From Chrysomallon squamiferum (Eukaryota > Animalia > Mollusca), in NCBI GenBank assembly GCA_012295275.1, contig CM022667.1, positions 19,282,001 to 19,346,000 on the forward strand: 64,000 nt of DNA, in the 5' to 3' direction. The notes beneath the pieces are model-generated. The model did not search any database, was not told the DNA's origin, and saw only the letters and a list, made by a program, of their open reading frames with translations. Position 1 is the first letter of the stretch. Each line of letters begins with the position of its first letter. Shown here piece by piece: positions 44,701 through 64,000 of this stretch. A program made the translations under genes and the position numbers.

Positions 44701-47145
44701 AAACATATATATTTGTATAATAAAATAGTTCAGCAGTTAGAGTCTTTCACAAATCAAATTACTGACAGTACTGGTAATACAATCTTGAAAAGTAGTTTTT
44801 GTTGTAATTAACTGGCAGCATGTAATAAGAAAACTAATAACTAAAGTAACAAAAAATATTTAATTTTACCAGGCACCACCTGATCGATCAGTGGATGACT
44901 TACTAGAAGCAATGAGTTCTCACACAGCTGGCAGTGACAGGCTGGAACAGGAAAACAGGGATATAAGAGAAGACATGAAAACAAAGAAAACAGAAGAGGT
45001 GAAACTCCATAGTTTTGATGATGTAAATCCAGGCAACAAGACAGAAAACAAGATTGGTGATACAGAGGTTAAGAGTGGATCGCTGAAAATGTCACCCAGA
45101 GGAGTGGATGTGGAATCTTCTGTGACACTGCATCAGCTGAATGTCGAGTCTGTTGGTCTACACAAGCAAGTAAAGAAAATAACAGCTCAGTGTCAGGTAG
45201 ATTTCTTTACAAAGTAATTAGCTATTTGTTATTCAAAGAATCTGTAAAATGGTTGCATTTCAAACTACAAGCTGGTACATTACACAAGGAAAATCGCTGA
45301 ATCACATAATACAAAAGAAATTATTTTTTATGGTTCTGTAATTATTTCTGAACTGTGAGATGCAGATACATTTGTTTATTTTACACCAAAAAATTATGTT
45401 TTCTGCATACTGATTTGTAGGGGTTTTTTTTATCAAGAATTTAGAACAGAAGTAAAATATATATAACCTTAGTAAAGAATAAAAGCTAATACAGGCACCA
45501 AACCATTTAACTGGCAACCATAGAACTGGAAGTGATCTGTATTTTTGGATACAGGTTAAATGTTTATTTAAATTATAAAATAAATGATAAAAAATAAAAA
45601 ATGAAACTGTTTTTAAAGGATAAAAATTAATACACTTCTAAAGCATGGTCTCTTTTCATCTTTATTAATTCACTTAAATTTCTTAAAATAGCTGTATAGA
45701 ATAAGCTTTTTAGAAGCAACTTGGTTTCTTCTTGCCTTGTAGACATGATAATGAATGAAAATTAAAGTAAACTGAAACAGATAAAAGCATATTGTGAGCA
45801 GATTACCTATATATACCACAACACTCTCCCTTGAATTGGCATCCAAGTGCACCCAATACAAAAGTAGTTAGTTTCAAAAATAGCTGGATTTCTGGAACCA
45901 TGAACATTTTCAGTGGTTAACTTCTATCAAACCAGTAGTAAGAATAATATTCAGATTTTCACAATAATAATGTTTACATGAGTAATTTAACATCTTTTAA
46001 CTTTTATCATTTTAAACTGTTTTCAGATGAAGGAAGCTGGCACTCAGGCAACAATAGATTCTGATTCGGAAGATGATTCCTTCAAACCAGTTATAGTTTC
46101 CTGTCGCACTGTCAATGCAAATGAATCCAAAAGTAAAACTGTCCACAGCAACAGGCAGAAATCTCCAGCGGTTAATAATGACTGTTTCAAAATTAAAACC
46201 ATTAGTTCAGAAGATGTCCAAGAAGATCTGATTCAGTCAAGAAGCATGGGATTACCAAGTTCGGACATTGGCTTAATAAATTCATCAGTTACAGTCAGTG
46301 ATAAGTCTATGAATTCAGACAGCATCATGCCAATCGCTCCACTCCACGACAACAGCAGTTTTGCTTCCTACCCTGAAGTTGATGTTGTAGACACAGGAAA
46401 TTCCAGCATCCATACATCATCACAAAGATTTATAATTTCTAAAACATCAGCCTCCCCTTGTCAGTCTTCAACTACTGCCGAACTACAACCAGTTCTAAAC
46501 ACAACAACCCCTCATGCCATGCATTCTACCATTTCACTGAGTCCCAGTAAAAACAGTACAGAATTTCAGGGTATTGATACAGGCACAATTTCAGGTAATG
46601 TTCAGCTGGAGACAGCTACAGAAGATGATGAATCAGGATCAGCTTCAACATATTTAAATACAACCAAGACTCCAGTGTTGAAAGTAGCAACTAACTCAAA
46701 CATTGTGTTTATCAAGCAGGAAGCAAATGCAAAAAACATTTTGAAATCTCAGTCTCCAGATAGACTTACAAGGTAAATAATATTACTAGTGGGAAGAAAT
46801 ATTAAATTGTTTCTAACATTTTGCAGCAAATTATTTATTTCTGATGTATAGAAATTTAATATTTAAAACTATTACATATTTTTTAATACTTTTATTGTGA
46901 ATAACAGGAAACAAAAAATTTCATATAAATTACTTTTTTTAATTATATTTATTTATAATCTTATTTCTTGTCCAGTAATCTATGAGAAAAATAATTATTT
47001 GAATAGATATTTGTAATATATATATATATATATAATTTTACTCTTTCTACTGTATATTTTCAGAAGTATGAAGAGAAAAGAAATTGAACTTGAAGCTTCA
47101 CCAGCCAAAAGAACAAGAAGAGCAACAACATCTGATTCAAAATAA
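41795..47145 (+). CDS. CTCF: CCCTC-binding factor, 11 C2H2 fingers, ~1150 aa, 5 coding exons
   Basis: Exons 41795-43286, 43737-44545 (donor uncertain), 44873-45196, 46027-46772 and 47064-47145. Eleven fingers with CTCF-diagnostic helices TSGELVRHVRYRH, ELSKLKRH, DTYKLKRH, RFTQSNSLKAH, RKTDLKIH and FRQKQLLRRH. N-terminal DLQNYLVHFNKEIE resembles the protostome CTCF N-terminus. Confidence 0.95.
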
Positions 47146-48401
47146 TCATCTGTAAAATGAATTTAAAAAAAAAAGAAAAGAAAGAAAGATTTATGCAATG
47201 GAGAGTATTAATGTTAAGACATAAATATAGTCAACAAACATAATTAACATGTAAACTAAAACAAGAAAATTATGTTAATGAAGCTAAGAAATTATTTTTA
47301 TTTTTGTGATGCTGTGTATCATTATAAATGGATACACAGTAGAATAAAATATCATTTACTAAATTTATTACACATCAGGTAAACATGAAATGCACATGCA
47401 CTAACACTACATTGTAGAAAGTAAATAAATTATCATGTAAATAAAATGTTTTGGATCTGTTTGTTTTATTCCTAATGTAATTTCATTTATATTTTCTAAA
47501 ACTAGTTAATACATGTTGAAATATTAATAAATGTAATTATTAAAAATGTCATTCTAGGCATTCTGATCTCAGTATTCAGATGTTGTTAATAAAACAACTG
47601 TAAATACAAAATACTTTATGTAGTTCTATTACTTTTTTAATGTAAAGCTATATTTCTTTTTCTTTTTTCATTCTTTATTATTATTATATTACTTTTAAAG
47701 GCCAAGCTTTTATATTTTACTATTATTAATTTTTGGTTCGTTTGTTTCATTTTTCTACTCTATCTTTAATATTTTGTTCATATATTTCAAATAAAAACAT
47801 AAACCAATGCAAGAAAATAAAGAATTGTGACTGGTATTGTTACTTACTAATTTAGTTACATATTATTACTGTTATTTTTTTTCTTTTTTCTTTTTTATTT
47901 CCTTATTTATTTGTATTATTTTACTCTTAATTTTTAATTTCTTTTTATATATTTCAATTATTATTTTTATTGTTTATTTATTTATTTATTTATTATCTAT
48001 TCTTAGATATTAGATTATCATTAAATTTTATTATTCATAAAATCCTTTTATGTTGCTGGAATATAAAAACTATGCCGTGCTCTAAAAAATAAACTGCCGA
48101 GTCAAATCTGCATTAAGGCTGTAATGAATTCAGTCGACGGGTTATTTTTATTTTTTTATAGATTTATTTTCTTTACTGAAACACAATGCATACTGTTAAC
48201 TATGAAATTTAACTATGTTATGTGTTTTTGAACGAGTGTCCCTGTCCCAAAATAAAATCAATGTCTATATGTTAAAAACCGCAGATAAATGTCGTCCAGA
48301 GTTACGGGCCTTTAAATTTGTGTAAGAAATTAGATACTACTGAAATCGTAGACAAACAAAAAACAACAACAACTGTATCGTTCTAGTTCTTTATATCGAA
48401 G

Positions 48402-62085
<13,684 letters not shown>

Positions 62086-63184
62086 AGTAACGATTTACCG
62101 TCCTTTTTCTTTCAGTCACTCCTCCTAATTTGTTCAGATTTCTCTATTCAAATATCTTTTAGCTTGATAATAATTTATTTTTAATTGAGGAAGTAACTAT
62201 ATATTTCTGCCAATGATATTTGTTTCTTTCTGTATTTAAATTTCAAAAATAATTTTATTTTATTGTTGTTGGTTTTTTTTTTTTTTTTTTTTTATTATTT
62301 TTTTTTAATTTGTTAGTTCTTTCTTTAATCTTGTTAATGAATTTTAAAATATGTATTTATTTATTTTAATGTGATTTAATTTTTAGATTCTTTTTTAAAT
62401 GGAAATTTTACATCCGCTATAAACGTTATGTTAAATTATTAATTTCAAACCACAAATTCTCAAGATGCCAAAGTAAACGAAAAACGCCTTATGTGTTAAA
62501 AAGAATCCAAATGTTTTTCTAAACAGCTTATTTCGTGTTAAATTATTTACATAGTCACGTTTAGGATGTTTAATGGGTAGCCTCCCAATATCATTACATG
62601 TCATGACGTCACATAACAGGATTTATATGCTGCTAAATATAGAATAAAAAATTCATACATATTTTTATTCGTCAATCTGAGGGAAAAGCACTGTTTCATA
62701 AAAGGGAGTTTACATGAATTCATGCATATGTTATATTTTTCTGTGTCATTATTAATCCATTAGCATAGTTATATATTTTAATGAACAGTGTATGTATTAT
62801 GTACCGCTGTGAGGATCAGTTTAAATTCTGGCCTAGTTTTTAACGAATTCAGATATTGGTAATTATGTTCTGACTGATACTTTAACAAATTTCAGCATTT
62901 TTAAAAGATAATAATAATAATAATAAAAAAAAATAATAATAATAGTAATAAAGCTCTTTAAAACTGTTAAAATGTGTTTTAAAAAATATGTGCATGTATA
63001 CCTGTGTGTATATATGTATGTATGTATGTGTGTCTGGGTGTGTGTGGGTCAGTCTGGATTAACGTCCAGTACAGTGCTGCTGAACTTATTTTACGATGAA
63101 GATGATGTTATGATGATGAAGTGTAATATGCTAATAATGATGACGGTGATAGAAGTACCAAGAGGAGAAGGAAGAGTAGGAAAA

Positions 63185-64000
<816 letters not shown>

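Overview
AT-rich, intron-containing animal genomic DNA, most likely a mollusc or other lophotrochozoan (inferred from gene content and repeat style). There are no prokaryotic features, CRISPR arrays, rRNA or tRNA. I assembled seven gene models by hand from splice sites and reading-frame phase: dysbindin (+, 8154-12952); FBXO31 (-, 15540-20544); MPV17L2 (-, 22740-23408); an hnRNPC/RALY-type RRM protein carrying two BCL11-like zinc fingers (+, 27236-30446); an acidic secreted orphan protein (-, 35440-37512); an 11-finger CTCF (+, 41795-47145); and a trypsin-like protease with nine TSP1 exons (-, 48402-57289, probable first exon 61896-62085). The most notable observations are four: (1) the RRM plus BCL11 ZnF0/ZnF1 fusion; (2) the CTCF cohesin-binding YDF motif reads YDI at the conserved position; (3) a minisatellite of nine in-phase copies of a 5' splice site; (4) a recently amplified, mosaic array of 192-nt TSP1 exons. 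Long ORFs in the TAG/ATT/GA microsatellites are artefacts. Family assignments come from remembered protein sequences, not from database searches.
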